Positions 1-11,318 of a stretch of DNA of 64,000 nt are shown here, piece after piece. The stretch is from the NCBI GenBank assembly GCA_963674945.2, contig CAXXWQ010000003.1:896001-960000 (forward strand). The letters run 5' to 3'. The DNA comes from an uncultured Desulfosarcina sp. (lineage in GTDB: Bacteria; Desulfobacterota; Desulfobacteria; Desulfobacterales; Desulfosarcinaceae). The notes below the pieces were generated by a model that had not been told where the DNA came from, made no database searches, and worked only from the letters and a program-made list of their open reading frames with translations. The stretch's first letter is position 1. Each line of letters starts with the position of its first letter. The translations under genes were made by a program, and so were the position numbers.

Positions 1-185
1 ATAGGAAATCCAGCACAGAACCCCGGATATTTGGTGAATAGCCTATCATGGTTGTTTCAATTTACGATTGACAATCAAATACCTTGCTATTATTACAGAA
101 ACGGGAACTTGGAGTATCTCGGAAGAAATGTATGTACACACTTCATTTACCTACCCCTTCCTTTTCCATCCGGGTCCCCATTTTT

Positions 186-217
186 GGGCAAGGCCTCTGG
201 AGGAGAAGGCCTTGCCC
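186..217. terminator. GC-rich hairpin flanked by T-runs, possible intrinsic terminator or REP-like element
   Basis: GGGCAAGGCCT-10 nt-AGGCCTTGCCC, 11-bp perfect stem. Confidence 0.45.
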
Positions 218-476
218 ATACTTTTTGCAGAAACCCAAACACCCCTCATCGGCAAAAATCTCTTTTAAATAGGACATTGTGTTACATTGTGGTACTGGGA
301 GACCTCTATTCATTATTCACCGATTCTCTAGTGACTCTTTCCAGTGGGCAAGAGAATCGATTGATTGAATATTAAGCTTACCTCATCCATTGGCGGGAAC
401 TGCCTCATTTAATGAAAGTTCTCGCCCATACTTCATTTAAAAAGTAACAGCATCCACAAAATTTCTTAAAGACCAC

Positions 477-577
477 CTCAAGTTTTCCCCGATCCAGCCG
501 ATAACTTTATCAACTGCAACCTATTCCAGTATAAGATCCTCGGACAAGGCCCCATCATTGAGGGCCTTGTCCATTTT
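477..577. repeat. ~100-bp non-coding element, copy A
   Basis: Shares CTCAAGTT, ATCCAGCCGATAA, AACTGCAACCTAT and an ACAAGGCCC...GGGCCTTGT hairpin with 5700-5802. Confidence 0.75.
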
Positions 578-1186
578 AGAGGATCGGAAACTTGAAAATT
601 AACATGGATCGCTATCGCAATATTTAAAGTAGGATTTATACGAAGCACATAGCTCATCCACAGCTTGGACAACATTACTCATTTCTTTTTCGTCATTTTT
701 TAATAGCTGCTTCAATCTATCACCGGCAGCATCACACTTGGCAAGCAATTTTTTTCTCATTTTCTCGAAATCAACTTCATCATCTATTACGCTAAAGTTC
801 ATCAGTAGCCTCTTCCACTATCTCGGTAGTTCCAAAATAATCTCAGCCTGTTCAATATCGATGTAAGCACATGGTTAGACCAGATCAATGAAGATCTGTC
901 AATAAACTATCGAAAAATCCACAGTCAGTGACATAGAAATGTCCAATTTTTAGAAAGCGCTTAAAGACTACCAACTGCTGTAACAATCCCGGTGATGCAA
1001 AACGCAACAACTATGCAAACAGAGCTGTTTATATGCAATCATCCATAGAAACAATGGGTTATAATGATGGGGAAAAAGCCTATCGGTTGTGTAAAATAGA
1101 CCAATAATTGAAGGGATTTAAACTAAATTTTTCACTCGTTGGCTCAAATTTGGCCCGGATTTTTTATTCCGATCCGTCAGGAATAT

Positions 1187-1639
1187 CTATCTATTATCAG
1201 AAGACATTAGTTTTTTATATACAAATTTCTTTAATACTTCAAATTCATGATCGTCATTGGCAAGCCAAGATAACGCACCTTCAAGGTCAGTGAATATTTT
1301 TACGGATTTTCTTCTTGTTTCCGAAAAAGTTTTATAAACCCTTGTTATAAAATGCAAATCATATGTGTCTTCGATAAGTACTGCGAGCAGACTATCTTTT
1401 CTATCTGCTAATGATAAGGCGCTCTCCATTAAACCCTGACCTGTCAGATTGTTCGAAGCCACCAACTTTCTGCAATCGGCAAGCTCCCTTAGATTTGATA
1501 TGCTTTCAGTCTCAATATTAAATTCCTTCACATACTGGACGATTTTATCGTCATCTATTCTGCCGATAATCTCTGTCAGTACAAATCCAAGATCTTTGAG
1601 AATGTAACGATTAATAATCATATACTCATGCTCTTTCAA
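1187..1639 (-). CDS. hypothetical protein (SpoIIAA/STAS-like small domain possible)
   Basis: 150-aa ORF ending in a KIFTDLEGALSWL motif typical of SpoIIAA-like proteins. Confidence 0.5.
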   Translation of the reverse strand: MKEHEYMIINRYILKDLGFVLTEIIGRIDDDKIVQYVKEFNIETESISNLRELADCRKLVASNNLTGQGLMESALSLADRKDSLLAVLIEDTYDLHFITRVYKTFSETRRKSVKIFTDLEGALSWLANDDHEFEVLKKFVYKKLMSSDNR

Positions 1640-2157
1640 TTTGTAGTATCCAAAACGGCCTGACCATATTGAAATCTATCTATCGATAGCACCCTTTCTG
1701 CCCTGAATAGGGTAGTTCACAATGCTGGTAAGCAAGGCCCCCTGCATTGATTATATTATCAGCACTTTTGGCTTGGACTTAATCAGTATCAACCGAACCG
1801 CCTTAGTATGAAATCCGAGTGTCGAATGATATGACATTTGGGACCGCATGCATCCCTATCAATCAATCCGAGGTGCTCTAAAGGTATTATTGATACATCG
1901 TTCTAATCACATACCCCAACGTCTTGTATTTCGCATTCAATTTGATGTATTCTATAATCAATATGTAAGCGACTATTGTTTATGAGGTCCCCTCTGAGTG
2001 GTGCTATTTGTGATTTGTGAATCAATATTGATTCTCGAATACCAGCTATATTGCAAAAATATGCCGCCTACTTGCGGGCGATACAAGATTAATTTAGTTG
2101 TATAAATAGAAACGCTGGAAATAGGCCAGATGCGTTTCCTTGACTTAAGGAGTCTTT

Positions 2158-4137
2158 ATGTCTGAAAAACCGACCTATGAAGAATTGGCGCAACGGGTAA
2201 AAGAGCTCGAACTGGTTGTATCAGCCTGCAAAAATGAAGTTGAACTCTTATCTTCTTTCATAAAGCACTCCCCTATACCCGCTTTTGTTAAAGAAATATC
2301 GGACCAGGAAAGTAAGATTCTCTTTGCTAGTGATAATTATTTTGATTTAATCGGTATTCCTTCTTCACAGATGTTAGGAAAAACCATGCACGAAATCTTT
2401 CCACATGAATTGGCTGAAAAACTCACCCGTGAAGATATTGATTTTATCCAAAAAGGAAAGAGGCTAAAACTTGATAAAGAGATAAACGGCATGCACTATA
2501 TTATAAATAAATTCTCTTTTATGCAAGGTGGGAACAAATATCTTGCCGGGTATACGGTTGATATCACCGATCAAAAACGAACAGAGGAGGAATTAAGAGA
2601 AAGAGAAGTACTCTTTCGGGAATTATATAACAACGTGGCAATCGGAATTGCGATTTATGAAACTCCAGATGACGGGAAAAGTTTCGTTTTCAAAGAGTTA
2701 AATCGTCACGGACTCGAATCCGGACAGATAAAGAAAGAGGATGTTATCGGCCGGGAGATCAGAGATATTTTTCCTGGGGTCGTAGCCTTTGGCTTGCTTG
2801 ATGTCCTTCAAAGCGTTTGGAAAACCGGTAAGCCCCGGCGTCTTCCCAATAAGATCTACCAAGATGACAAAATATCGTTGTGGGTGGAAAACTATGTCTT
2901 CAAATTACCGTCGGGCCTGTTGGTGGCTATGTACGAAGACACCACGGCTAAACGGCAAGCCGAAGCTGCCAAGGATGTACTGGAAAAACAATTGGTTCAA
3001 GCCCAGAAAATGGAATCCATCGGCCGGTTGGCTGGTGGCGTAGCCCACGATTTCAACAACATGCTAAGTGTGATCATCGGTCACGCTGAAATGGCTCTTG
3101 AGGACATGGATCCATCCCTACCATCTTACGAAAAATTGAACGAAATCAAAAAGGCAGGCGAACGTTCAGCCGACCTAACCCGACAGCTCCTGGCGTTCGC
3201 CCGCAAACAAACCATCTCACCCAAGGTGGTCGATCTTAACAAGACCGTAGAGAGCATGATCCAAATGCTGAAACGCCTCATTGGAGAGGATATTGATCTT
3301 GCGTGGCTTCCGGGCAAGAACTTGTGGCCGGTGAAGATAGACCCCAGCCAGATCGACCAGATTCTGGCAAACCTTTGTGTCAACGCCCGGGATGCGATAG
3401 CGGGTGTAGGCAAAGTCACCATCGAAACGGGCAACATAGAATTAGACGAATCTTACTGTGCCGATCACCTGGGATTTTTTCCTGGTGAATTTGCGCTTTT
3501 AGCCGTAAGCGACAATGGCTGCGGAATGGACGCCGAAATTGTCGACAACATCTTTGAGCCGTTTTTTACGACTAAAAAAACAAGCACAGGGACAGGTCTT
3601 GGCTTGGCTATGGTTTACGGAGTGGTCAAGCAAAACGAAGGCTTTATCAACGTGTACAGTGAACCAGGACAGGGTACGACCTTCAGAATTTACCTTCCGC
3701 GATACGGTTCCAAGACAAAAGCCTTACCGACGTTTGTGAAAGACATTCCGATCAAACGCGGCCAAGAGACAATCTTGTTGGTGGAGGATGAACCAACGAT
3801 ACTGAAAATGACGACGATGATGCTTGAAAAGATGGGCTACCATTTATTGGCGGCCGGAACTCCAAATGAAGCCATTCGTCTTGCACAAAATTATACAGGA
3901 AGAATCTACCTGCTTTTGACCGACGTGATTATGCCAGAAATGAACGGCCGGGATCTATCCAAAAGAATCCAATCCATTCATCCAAATCTTAAATCCTTGT
4001 TCATGTCCGGTTACACCGCCAACGTCATCGCTCATCATGGTGTTTTGGATAAAGGCATAAACTTTATCCAGAAGCCTTTTTCGATGGAGACGCTTAGCTC
4101 TAAAGTGCGAGAGGTGTTGGATGGAAGTGAAGCATAA
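2158..4137 (+). CDS. PAS-domain hybrid sensor histidine kinase/response regulator
   Basis: H-box [12 protein letters not shown]-box [10 protein letters not shown]-boxes DNGCGM and GTGLGL, C-terminal receiver (LLVEDE, LTDVIMP, KPF); AAGGAG RBS. Confidence 0.95.
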   Translation: MSEKPTYEELAQRVKELELVVSACKNEVELLSSFIKHSPIPAFVKEISDQESKILFASDNYFDLIGIPSSQMLGKTMHEIFPHELAEKLTREDIDFIQKGKRLKLDKEINGMHYIINKFSFMQGGNKYLAGYTVDITDQKRTEEELREREVLFRELYNNVAIGIAIYETPDDGKSFVFKELNRHGLESGQIKKEDVIGREIRDIFPGVVAFGLLDVLQSVWKTGKPRRLPNKIYQDDKISLWVENYVFKLPSGLLVAMYEDTTAKRQAEAAKDVLEKQLVQAQKMESIGRLAGGVAHDFNNMLSVIIGHAEMALEDMDPSLPSYEKLNEIKKAGERSADLTRQLLAFARKQTISPKVVDLNKTVESMIQMLKRLIGEDIDLAWLPGKNLWPVKIDPSQIDQILANLCVNARDAIAGVGKVTIETGNIELDESYCADHLGFFPGEFALLAVSDNGCGMDAEIVDNIFEPFFTTKKTSTGTGLGLAMVYGVVKQNEGFINVYSEPGQGTTFRIYLPRYGSKTKALPTFVKDIPIKRGQETILLVEDEPTILKMTTMMLEKMGYHLLAAGTPNEAIRLAQNYTGRIYLLLTDVIMPEMNGRDLSKRIQSIHPNLKSLFMSGYTANVIAHHGVLDKGINFIQKPFSMETLSSKVREVLDGSEA

Positions 4138-4316
4138 ATCTATTGCGCCCATTGCAGTGATTATCAGCCCAACTAATTTGGGATAGGACAAATTTTCATT
4201 GGGTCTGGTGAAGCCATAGTATTTTTGCCAGGGAATAACCTGGACTAAGAAAGCTATATTTACAAGGGATCATTAAAAATATTCGAATTTAATAACGTAG
4301 GCAACCGATCTATCCT

Positions 4317-4646
4317 TTAATTACGATCGCTTTCATGTACTATCTTCGGGAAATGGCCGTCCTTACACACCAATCCTTCAATTGGCTTAAAAAAGGTCAC
4401 CGCAAAACCATCTGGAGCTCTACGAACCACCTTGCCTACAGATTCAATAATTTGGTCAAAATCAAATAGTGGGAAATTAACTGTAATTGGTTGACCAACT
4501 GACACTTTTCGATCGGTTTTAATGAACAACCCACCTGCGCTAATATTCTTTATGATGTCTCGAAATGTCCCTTCCAGGACGGTATATTCAGCAATGATGT
4601 AGGATGTTCGGCGAGGATATTGGCGTTTCTCCGGTATTTGCCTCAC
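4317..4646 (-). CDS. PilZ domain protein
   Basis: RQYPR (RxxxR) and NISAGG motifs; likely GTG start overlaps the ihfA stop (GTGA). Confidence 0.85.
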   Translation of the reverse strand: MRQIPEKRQYPRRTSYIIAEYTVLEGTFRDIIKNISAGGLFIKTDRKVSVGQPITVNFPLFDFDQIIESVGKVVRRAPDGFAVTFFKPIEGLVCKDGHFPKIVHESDRN

Positions 4647-4927
4647 TCTCCGTTCACCTTTTCTCGCAACTTTCCGGAACATTTGAAGGTCACTACCCGT
4701 CGAGCTGGCAAAATTGCATCTTCGCCAGTAGCAGGATTTCGGCCTTTCCGTTCAGCCTTCTCTTTTACACAGAATTTACCGAAACCGGAAACCAAGACAT
4801 CATCACCGGATTCCATCGTGGACTTCATGATTTCCATTAGGACTTCTGTGATTTCATTGGACTGCTCTTTGGTCAAGTCAAGCTGGTTTTTAATCTTTGT
4901 GACGATATCAGTTTTCGTTAGCGCCAT
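4643..4927 (-). CDS. ihfA: integration host factor subunit alpha
   Basis: MALTK start, SGFGKF and RKGRNPATGE...ARRVVTF signature. Confidence 0.9.
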   Translation of the reverse strand: MALTKTDIVTKIKNQLDLTKEQSNEITEVLMEIMKSTMESGDDVLVSGFGKFCVKEKAERKGRNPATGEDAILPARRVVTFKCSGKLREKVNGE

Positions 4928-5357
4928 AGGAATCTCCGAATACAATATAATGAAAATGGAAAGTAGGACTGATTCAAATTCGCAAAGATTTCATTTAGTG
5001 TCAAGGTATTACAGATTTAAAACAGACTGTAGCTACATTGCTAAATCGGATGATGAGCCGGATTGTGGCGCATTTTTATAGATGGGATAATAGCGTAACT
5101 TGACTCTCAAGATAAAGGATATGATCCAACCAATGAGATGGTTTCGGGCAACATCGTTATAAAAGGGATCCCGCCACATTGACTCAGCCGAGGCACAGGC
5201 CTTTTTTCGATCATATTTTCAATTTTAGATGCCGCTTCTTCATACCAAATCGGTCGGAATCTGGATTGATGGGGGATTTGAATCCGTCTGCAATAGTCTG
5301 TGAAATCCACATAATACCGGAGATTTGATAACCGCAGGGTATGCCGGAGGATCGGTT

Positions 5358-5618
5358 TTATCCTTCATCGTTGGCTAATCCATCATAAATCACCTCGCCG
5401 TCTTCCTTGGAAATAACGATTGCACGAGAGCTTTGCAGACCGACTCCTTTACCTGGAGCCTGGATATACCAACATTCCCCGCTAACCGCCGGCGCAACAT
5501 AGATATTCCAATTTTCCGGCTTTAATTCATAAATCTCGAACGATTCTATCGGTGTGGAGCAGCGCTTTTGAGCAATTTGTAGAGCTTCGTATTTATCGAT
5601 GGGAGTCTTTTCCATCAC
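5358..5618 (-). CDS. hypothetical protein
   Basis: 86-aa ORF preceded by GGAGG RBS. Confidence 0.55.
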   Translation of the reverse strand: MMEKTPIDKYEALQIAQKRCSTPIESFEIYELKPENWNIYVAPAVSGECWYIQAPGKGVGLQSSRAIVISKEDGEVIYDGLANDEG

Positions 5619-5699
5619 TTTTTCCTCCGTATGTGTTTAGTTCATCGTACATGTCATGCTCCTGGCGTCAAAAAAAACCGACCAAGGTCACCCAAAAAT

Positions 5700-5802
5700 C
5701 TCAAGTTATTTCCCAATCCAGCCGATAATAAAATTAACTGCAACCTATCGAATGCTGTACTCTGAACAAGGCCCTCCAATGATGGGGGCCTTGTTCATTT
5801 TT
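5700..5802. repeat. ~100-bp non-coding element, copy B
   Basis: Homologous to 477-577 in the same orientation; the hairpin loop is the reverse complement of that in copy A. Confidence 0.75.
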
Positions 5803-6309
5803 ATCCCATCAACGAAACACCATCCTGATTCTGATTGGCTGGGCTGGATGTTACCACCTGAATTACGAACAATGAAATGGCTAAATCTAATATGGCAACA
5901 GGTTAAATCTAATATTGTAATTTGTGACATACAATCTAACCAGTTTTTACGATCGGAGTATTTTTTGAATTAATTTGCATTGTTGCCAATCAATGACAAA
6001 GTTGAGCTCAATCACAAGTCTTCCCATATTCATTGCGCTCATGATAGTTCGGTATTGACATATCAATTCCGAAAGATAGAATATGTTTAAAAGCAGCGAT
6101 TCGATCTTTTTTGCCAGTAAAAAGTCATTCCCAATGTTCCCGCTGAATATATCGCCCGTGTTTACCTACTCTAATTACCGGATTAACTCGTTGATGCTCT
6201 GAATTGCCTGTGGCAAATAATATCAGACATCACTGTATATCATATGTTTAAATCGCCTTGAACTATTTTTGGGCAGTCGATACTTAATTACTGCATTAAG
6301 GATGAACCC

Positions 6310-6636
6310 ATGTCTAAACATTCTGAAAAACGTCAATCCACCCGTTTTAAAACTGGGGGTACAATCTATCTTAAAGACACCATCCTGTCACCTATGGTTA
6401 AGAAGGCACATTTGCTCAATTTCTGCTGTAATGGAGTTTGTTTTTTAACAGACAAGCAACTGGACCCAGGCACGACTATTCTTTTCAAGTCTTCAAACAG
6501 CAACCATTTGTTCGCTGAAAACAAGGCTGATTGCCAGATAAGGTCCATCAGCTTTGTGACAGTCAAATGGTGTTGTAAAAGTGCAAAGAAGGATCCCATC
6601 TATTCAATTGGAGCGACCTATCTATCACACTATTAA
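6310..6636 (+). CDS. PilZ-like domain protein
   Basis: RQSTR (RxxxR), NFCCNG variant of D/NxSxxG, C-terminal VKW...IG. Confidence 0.65.
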   Translation: MSKHSEKRQSTRFKTGGTIYLKDTILSPMVKKAHLLNFCCNGVCFLTDKQLDPGTTILFKSSNSNHLFAENKADCQIRSISFVTVKWCCKSAKKDPIYSIGATYLSHY

Positions 6637-6643
6637 TGGACTT

Positions 6644-7115
6644 CTATAATTCCCTTTTCACATAAACACCCCTTGAGAGGGACTCGATTTTTCCACTCTG
6701 TTTCAACTTGTACAGGGCATTATTTATTTGACGCGGTGCAAAGCCTGTCTTTTCCTTTAATTCTGAAACCGTTGTACCTTCACTGCTTATTAATCCGTAA
6801 ACGCTGTCAAGTATGTTTCCAGATTCGCTTAGTTGCTCACCTGTCTCCGCTGTCGATTCAGTTTCTTTTACCTCCGCTGCCATTTCAGATTCCTTGGGAG
6901 CCTCTTTCTTCTTTATGGCAACCTTCTTTTTTGGAGTGGCCTTCTTTTTAACTGTTTTAGGACCAGGCTTTTTCTTTGCGACTGTTTTTTTAGAGGACTT
7001 TGCCTGCGCAGATTCTTTTTCAAAAACTTCGGCTATTTTTTCTACCTTTGCAGCAAGTGCTGACAATGCTTCGGAAATCGAAAATCGAAATCAAGTTCTT
7101 TGTAAATTTTTTCAT
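6644..7115 (-). pseudogene. Lys-rich histone-like/winged-helix protein, frameshifted near its start by a 7-bp tandem duplication
   Basis: AGGAG RBS and ATG at 7115; AAATCGA repeated at 7075-7088; removing one copy gives an open 154-aa frame MKKFTKNLISISEALSALAAK... Confidence 0.7.
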
Positions 7116-7299
7116 CAGAAATAATCTCCTTTGAACAGGTAAATATGAGGAGCCCAACACTAGAAAATTTTCAAGACATATTATTTTATACAGACTACCA
7201 TATCAAGGTATTATAGAAAATGATAGGCATCGATTACCGAAGAAATATTGCATGCGAAAGGATGGCTTTTATTACCTCTTTCCTTACTTTGATTTCAAA

Positions 7300-8907
7300 T
7301 CAAAGAAAATCAAAAGAGAAATCTCCGCCACCCTTCAGCTCCCGATATTCAAACCCCATGAATGAGTATCCAGTGGCATGCGCAAAATGGTCATCCCCCG
7401 TTTCCTCGACCTTCTCCTTGATTGTCCCGTCATCATCTTCCTCCAGCATCGTGACCAGTGATTTCATATGGGCCCAGTAAGTATCCATAAGTGGTTGATG
7501 CTCGATATCCGGTATCGCCACCCTCATCTCCCGGAACTCATGCGACATTCCCTTCAACCAGGCAGTCCGATCCACGGAAACGGTCGACGCTTCATCTGAA
7601 AAACGGGGCTTGACCATCCTGGACTCATCCGCGTATGTGCACCCATATGTTCGCCCCGGGAATTTTTTGACCAAATAAGTCACGCGATCTTTCCCGTATC
7701 CCCAGTCAGCGACGATGATATCAGGCTTGAACGACCGTATAAAATCCTCGATCTTCTTGGTGCTTTCCAATGGCTCTTTCGAATCCTCAGTGATCAACAA
7801 ACCGATCAATTCTTTGATCCCATCCGCCCGCATTCCATACACGACCGCCCAGTTATAACTCCCCCAGTCGATCCCTACCGAGATATACACGTACCTGGAT
7901 GTACGAACGATTTGTGCCTGTAAATCTGTATCAGTGCAGACATTAAGAATATGATCCGTCAGCAGAATGTTATCCGACGCGTAAGTCTCGCCCAGAACAT
8001 AATTCCAGAACAATTGGGGAAACCGGTAGTCTTTCTTTTTCTGCATGATCTCATCGGCGGAGATCCAAACACACATCAGCTGATTAATTTGAAAGCACAC
8101 GTAATCCGTTCGAGACGGATAGGCTGCAACCCAGAAGCCATCCCACCGGTTTATCCGGGTGCTCTTACACTTCGAACAGCAAAACTCATAGGAACCTTTC
8201 GGAATGATCTTTTCATGGGGAGGAACTCTTTTGATTTCGAGAATATTGTCAGGATACTTCAGGATCTGTTCCTGGCCGCACGCCTCACACTTGACAAACC
8301 AGTGCATCTGATTGGACTTCTGCCACAGCTCATCGATGCCGCGACCTGGTAATGTCGGCGTCGACAACTCACGCTGCCACCCAAATTTCGAAGCAGAAAG
8401 CGATTCCTTGAACGCAATGCCGACGCCGCGCTTCATGCGGTCGATCTCATCAAAAACCACCAAATCTGCGTCTACACCTTCACCCAACTTCGGGTTGGTT
8501 GAAGACCGGAGATACATGGCGCCTTTGCCGAGCTTCCGCAAAGTGACATTCTGGGGATCTCCCATCATCCGGGCAAGACATCCATCCTGCGATCCCGTGA
8601 GCGCATCCTTGACACGGATATTGGAAAAATCCTCAACCTGCTTCGGGCTCGGAAAAGTATAAACCACATTGACTGGAAATTTATCCAACGCCCAAAGAGA
8701 TTCGGTGACACTATTTTCCGATACACCTGCCTGCCGGCTTTTCTTGTATCCCTTCACACGGGGTTGAATCATCAGCGGCATCATCAAAAACGGACGATGA
8801 TGGTGGGGAACTTTATAATCGATGAAACCGTAAGGCTCCCCCCGGATCATCCGATTATTGACACCCCAGGCGGCCGCAGACTTCTTGAAAAAATCATTCG
8901 TCATCAA
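7300..8907 (-). CDS. terL: terminase large subunit (GpA-like)
   Basis: Walker A variant KSRQAGVSE, Walker B VVFDEIDRM, STPT motif, CxxC pairs, nuclease VGIDWG ... DDHFAHA. Confidence 0.88.
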   Translation of the reverse strand: MMTNDFFKKSAAAWGVNNRMIRGEPYGFIDYKVPHHHRPFLMMPLMIQPRVKGYKKSRQAGVSENSVTESLWALDKFPVNVVYTFPSPKQVEDFSNIRVKDALTGSQDGCLARMMGDPQNVTLRKLGKGAMYLRSSTNPKLGEGVDADLVVFDEIDRMKRGVGIAFKESLSASKFGWQRELSTPTLPGRGIDELWQKSNQMHWFVKCEACGQEQILKYPDNILEIKRVPPHEKIIPKGSYEFCCSKCKSTRINRWDGFWVAAYPSRTDYVCFQINQLMCVWISADEIMQKKKDYRFPQLFWNYVLGETYASDNILLTDHILNVCTDTDLQAQIVRTSRYVYISVGIDWGSYNWAVVYGMRADGIKELIGLLITEDSKEPLESTKKIEDFIRSFKPDIIVADWGYGKDRVTYLVKKFPGRTYGCTYADESRMVKPRFSDEASTVSVDRTAWLKGMSHEFREMRVAIPDIEHQPLMDTYWAHMKSLVTMLEEDDDGTIKEKVEETGDDHFAHATGYSFMGFEYRELKGGGDFSFDFL

Positions 8908-9118
8908 GGAACCTTTCCACCACTCCAGCTAAGAACTCTTCGATCGACATATCTTTCTCTTCACATTTGGAATAGATCTCAAGAAGACGAACTTTTTGAA
9001 TTGGAATGGATATGGTGATTTCGACAAACTCACTATGACAGGTTTGTGTTTTTTCCCCGGATTCAAAAAACCCTTTGCCATTTTTCTCCATGAAAGTAAC
9101 CGTATCCATTTTGTCCAT
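8894..9118 (-). CDS. hypothetical protein (possible ribbon-helix-helix)
   Basis: 74-aa ORF tightly packed between the terminase genes. Confidence 0.55.
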   Translation of the reverse strand: MDKMDTVTFMEKNGKGFFESGEKTQTCHSEFVEITISIPIQKVRLLEIYSKCEEKDMSIEEFLAGVVERFLDDE

Positions 9119-9122
9119 GAAA

Positions 9123-9755
9123 TCACCCTCGTTTGTGCATGACCTTTTGATAATTTTTCATCAACTCGGCCAGATCTGCCTGGGCAGCCGCATCCCCGCT
9201 TTGCATGATTTCTTCAACCCGTTGGTCGAAAACATCATCACGACAACTCGTAGTCGCCACCTCACCGGTCACCCTGTTATTCTCAGTGGACTGACCAACA
9301 TGCAGGCGGACCATCTTCTGGTAAGCTTCCATAGAACCAAATAGTGAACGGATTGATGCCGCACTCAAATTCGGGTTGATTTTAGGCTGGCCATCTGGAC
9401 CCAACACCGGTCGACCCTTTTCATCTTCGACAAGAATCTTTTTTCGGGTGGCAAGCGATAGCAACTTCAGGTTGGTAAAAATTTCATTGAAGATATCATC
9501 AGCATGCTTGGCGATTTTATCGGCAGCGGCATCTGTCAGCTTTTTGTCGACAGACTGCTGGGTCTGTGCCACAAGTGCATCCCAATTGCCTTCGGTTTTC
9601 CACTTTTTGATCGTATTCCTGTGCACACCGACTTTCTTTGCCAGTCTTATGTCAGGAATATTCCCCAGTTGTTCCAGGTACGTCTTTTGAGCCAACTGTT
9701 TTCTCTCATCCGTTATTGGCCCGGGTTTCGTGTGTTTTTTAATCTTTTTTGTCAT
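9123..9755 (-). CDS. terS: putative terminase small subunit
   Basis: N-terminal HTH (LAKKVGVHRNTIKKWKTEGNW); located upstream of terL. Confidence 0.75.
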   Translation of the reverse strand: MTKKIKKHTKPGPITDERKQLAQKTYLEQLGNIPDIRLAKKVGVHRNTIKKWKTEGNWDALVAQTQQSVDKKLTDAAADKIAKHADDIFNEIFTNLKLLSLATRKKILVEDEKGRPVLGPDGQPKINPNLSAASIRSLFGSMEAYQKMVRLHVGQSTENNRVTGEVATTSCRDDVFDQRVEEIMQSGDAAAQADLAELMKNYQKVMHKRG

Positions 9756-9824
9756 AGTACCTACCAGGTGCTATCCATGTGTGTGCATGCTGCCTTCGAT
9801 GCCTATTTGAAAACAGCACAATGC

Positions 9825-10484
9825 CTACTTGACGTTAGCAACTGCCTCCTTCAATAAATGTGTGAATAGTTTCCCCAACTGGACCGCCTCTTTCTTATCC
9901 GACACCCCTACAGTCGTCGCCATTGCCTCGGCGGCCGCATCCAATTCCCCTGCCTCATCTTTTGGGACCCTGCAAACGATTGTCCCGAATTCAGTCACCA
10001 TGTCATCCTCGAAAGGATCCTTGAGGGACCCATACTCGGTGAAATCGAAATCCAATGCTCCGACCATGGTGTCTATCTCTTCAACCTTATACGGGAGGAA
10101 AGACGCAATCTCTTCATGGGTGTATGCCTTCACTCCGGCGAACAGCTCCGCAGACTTGATGAAATCCTTTTGGCCTTTGATCTCATCCAGAACCACAGTC
10201 AGCATCTTTGCCTCTTCCTCGGAGATTGGGCCCAGATCCCTTATCTGGATCATGGTCTCGCCGGCATTTTTCAAAATCTTGTACCGGTGCTCCCCATCGA
10301 TGATTATGTATCGTTTTGGTTCAGGAGATCTTACGAGAACCGACCGAATCACACCGAACCGGCGAAACGCCTCTTCCTCTTTCTCCATCATCTCCGGCGG
10401 CATCTCATTGTGATTGTAATCGTTCGGATACACTTCAGAGATTGGAACCGTTTTTAATTCACCCCTGATCTTTGGCTTTGCCAT
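9825..10484 (-). CDS. ParB/Srx N-terminal domain protein
   Basis: PNDYNHN and IIDGEHRY motifs. Confidence 0.85.
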   Translation of the reverse strand: MAKPKIRGELKTVPISEVYPNDYNHNEMPPEMMEKEEEAFRRFGVIRSVLVRSPEPKRYIIIDGEHRYKILKNAGETMIQIRDLGPISEEEAKMLTVVLDEIKGQKDFIKSAELFAGVKAYTHEEIASFLPYKVEEIDTMVGALDFDFTEYGSLKDPFEDDMVTEFGTIVCRVPKDEAGELDAAAEAMATTVGVSDKKEAVQLGKLFTHLLKEAVANVK

Positions 10485-10701
10485 CTTCCCCCCTTAGAAC
10501 CCCGATATCCACGCTGTCTGTTATGAACATTATCTCGTTATTGATGCCGGCCTTTTTAAAATTTTCTTTCACAGCATTTATCAACCCCATCAAAGCCTCA
10601 TAGTTAGTCAACGTGAACTCGTCTTTAACCTTGATAACCACCAGATCACCCGGTTTGATCTCCAGCTTACCGATTGATTCGAGATATTCGATCTCTTTCA
10701 T
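10459..10701 (-). CDS. hypothetical protein
   Basis: 80-aa ORF overlapping both neighbours in the operon. Confidence 0.6.
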   Translation of the reverse strand: MKEIEYLESIGKLEIKPGDLVVIKVKDEFTLTNYEALMGLINAVKENFKKAGINNEIMFITDSVDIGVLRGEDGKAKDQG

Positions 10702-11318
10702 GCCACCCCCTTTTCCAGATCTTCCCCGGGGAACTCTTGAGGCAGATCACATGTATCCTGCCGAAGCATCCCGATATCAGCTCTCGACGAGATATAATCC
10801 GCCGTATAGATAACCAATTCGATCAGCTCATATTCTTTGATTGGTTTCTTGAACGACGATTCTGTCCACAATCCCATATGAAGCCGGATCCCCTTGACGA
10901 TCATCGCCAAAGATTCAACCCCTATAGCACTGTATTTTTCTGCTTTCTTACTGATGATATCGAGAACATACTGACCGGCCCGGGAGGCGTGCTTCTTGAA
11001 ATCGTTTTTCCAGATGTCATGAAGGAGTAATGCGGCTACGACCACATCTTTCTCCTTTTGGGAAAATCCGTATGCGACACTCAGATGAACACCTACACCA
11101 ACTGCTCTTTTCACATGCCGCAAAAGGCCGCTTTTGACATTACAACAACTCGGATGCCATTTATTTGAACTGGAGGCAGGCGCCTTGTAGAAATATCCAT
11201 TGGCCGTTTCCAGGGCCTGGAGTACCTCGGCGACCAACTCCCGGATCAAATCATCTTGAATCAATTCCAATTCGGGGGCAAAAATCTCATGAGGACGCAT
11301 CTTCACCCCCTTTCCCAT
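10698..11318 (-). CDS. HD-domain phosphohydrolase
   Basis: APASS..WH, GLLRH, LLHD, HMG and AD motifs. Confidence 0.85.
   Translation of the reverse strand: MGKGVKMRPHEIFAPELELIQDDLIRELVAEVLQALETANGYFYKAPASSSNKWHPSCCNVKSGLLRHVKRAVGVGVHLSVAYGFSQKEKDVVVAALLLHDIWKNDFKKHASRAGQYVLDIISKKAEKYSAIGVESLAMIVKGIRLHMGLWTESSFKKPIKEYELIELVIYTADYISSRADIGMLRQDTCDLPQEFPGEDLEKGVA

Noticed and set aside
31..1293. Short ORFs at the window start
   Set aside because: No motifs or convincing RBS; 599-802 may be a gene fragment but cannot be supported
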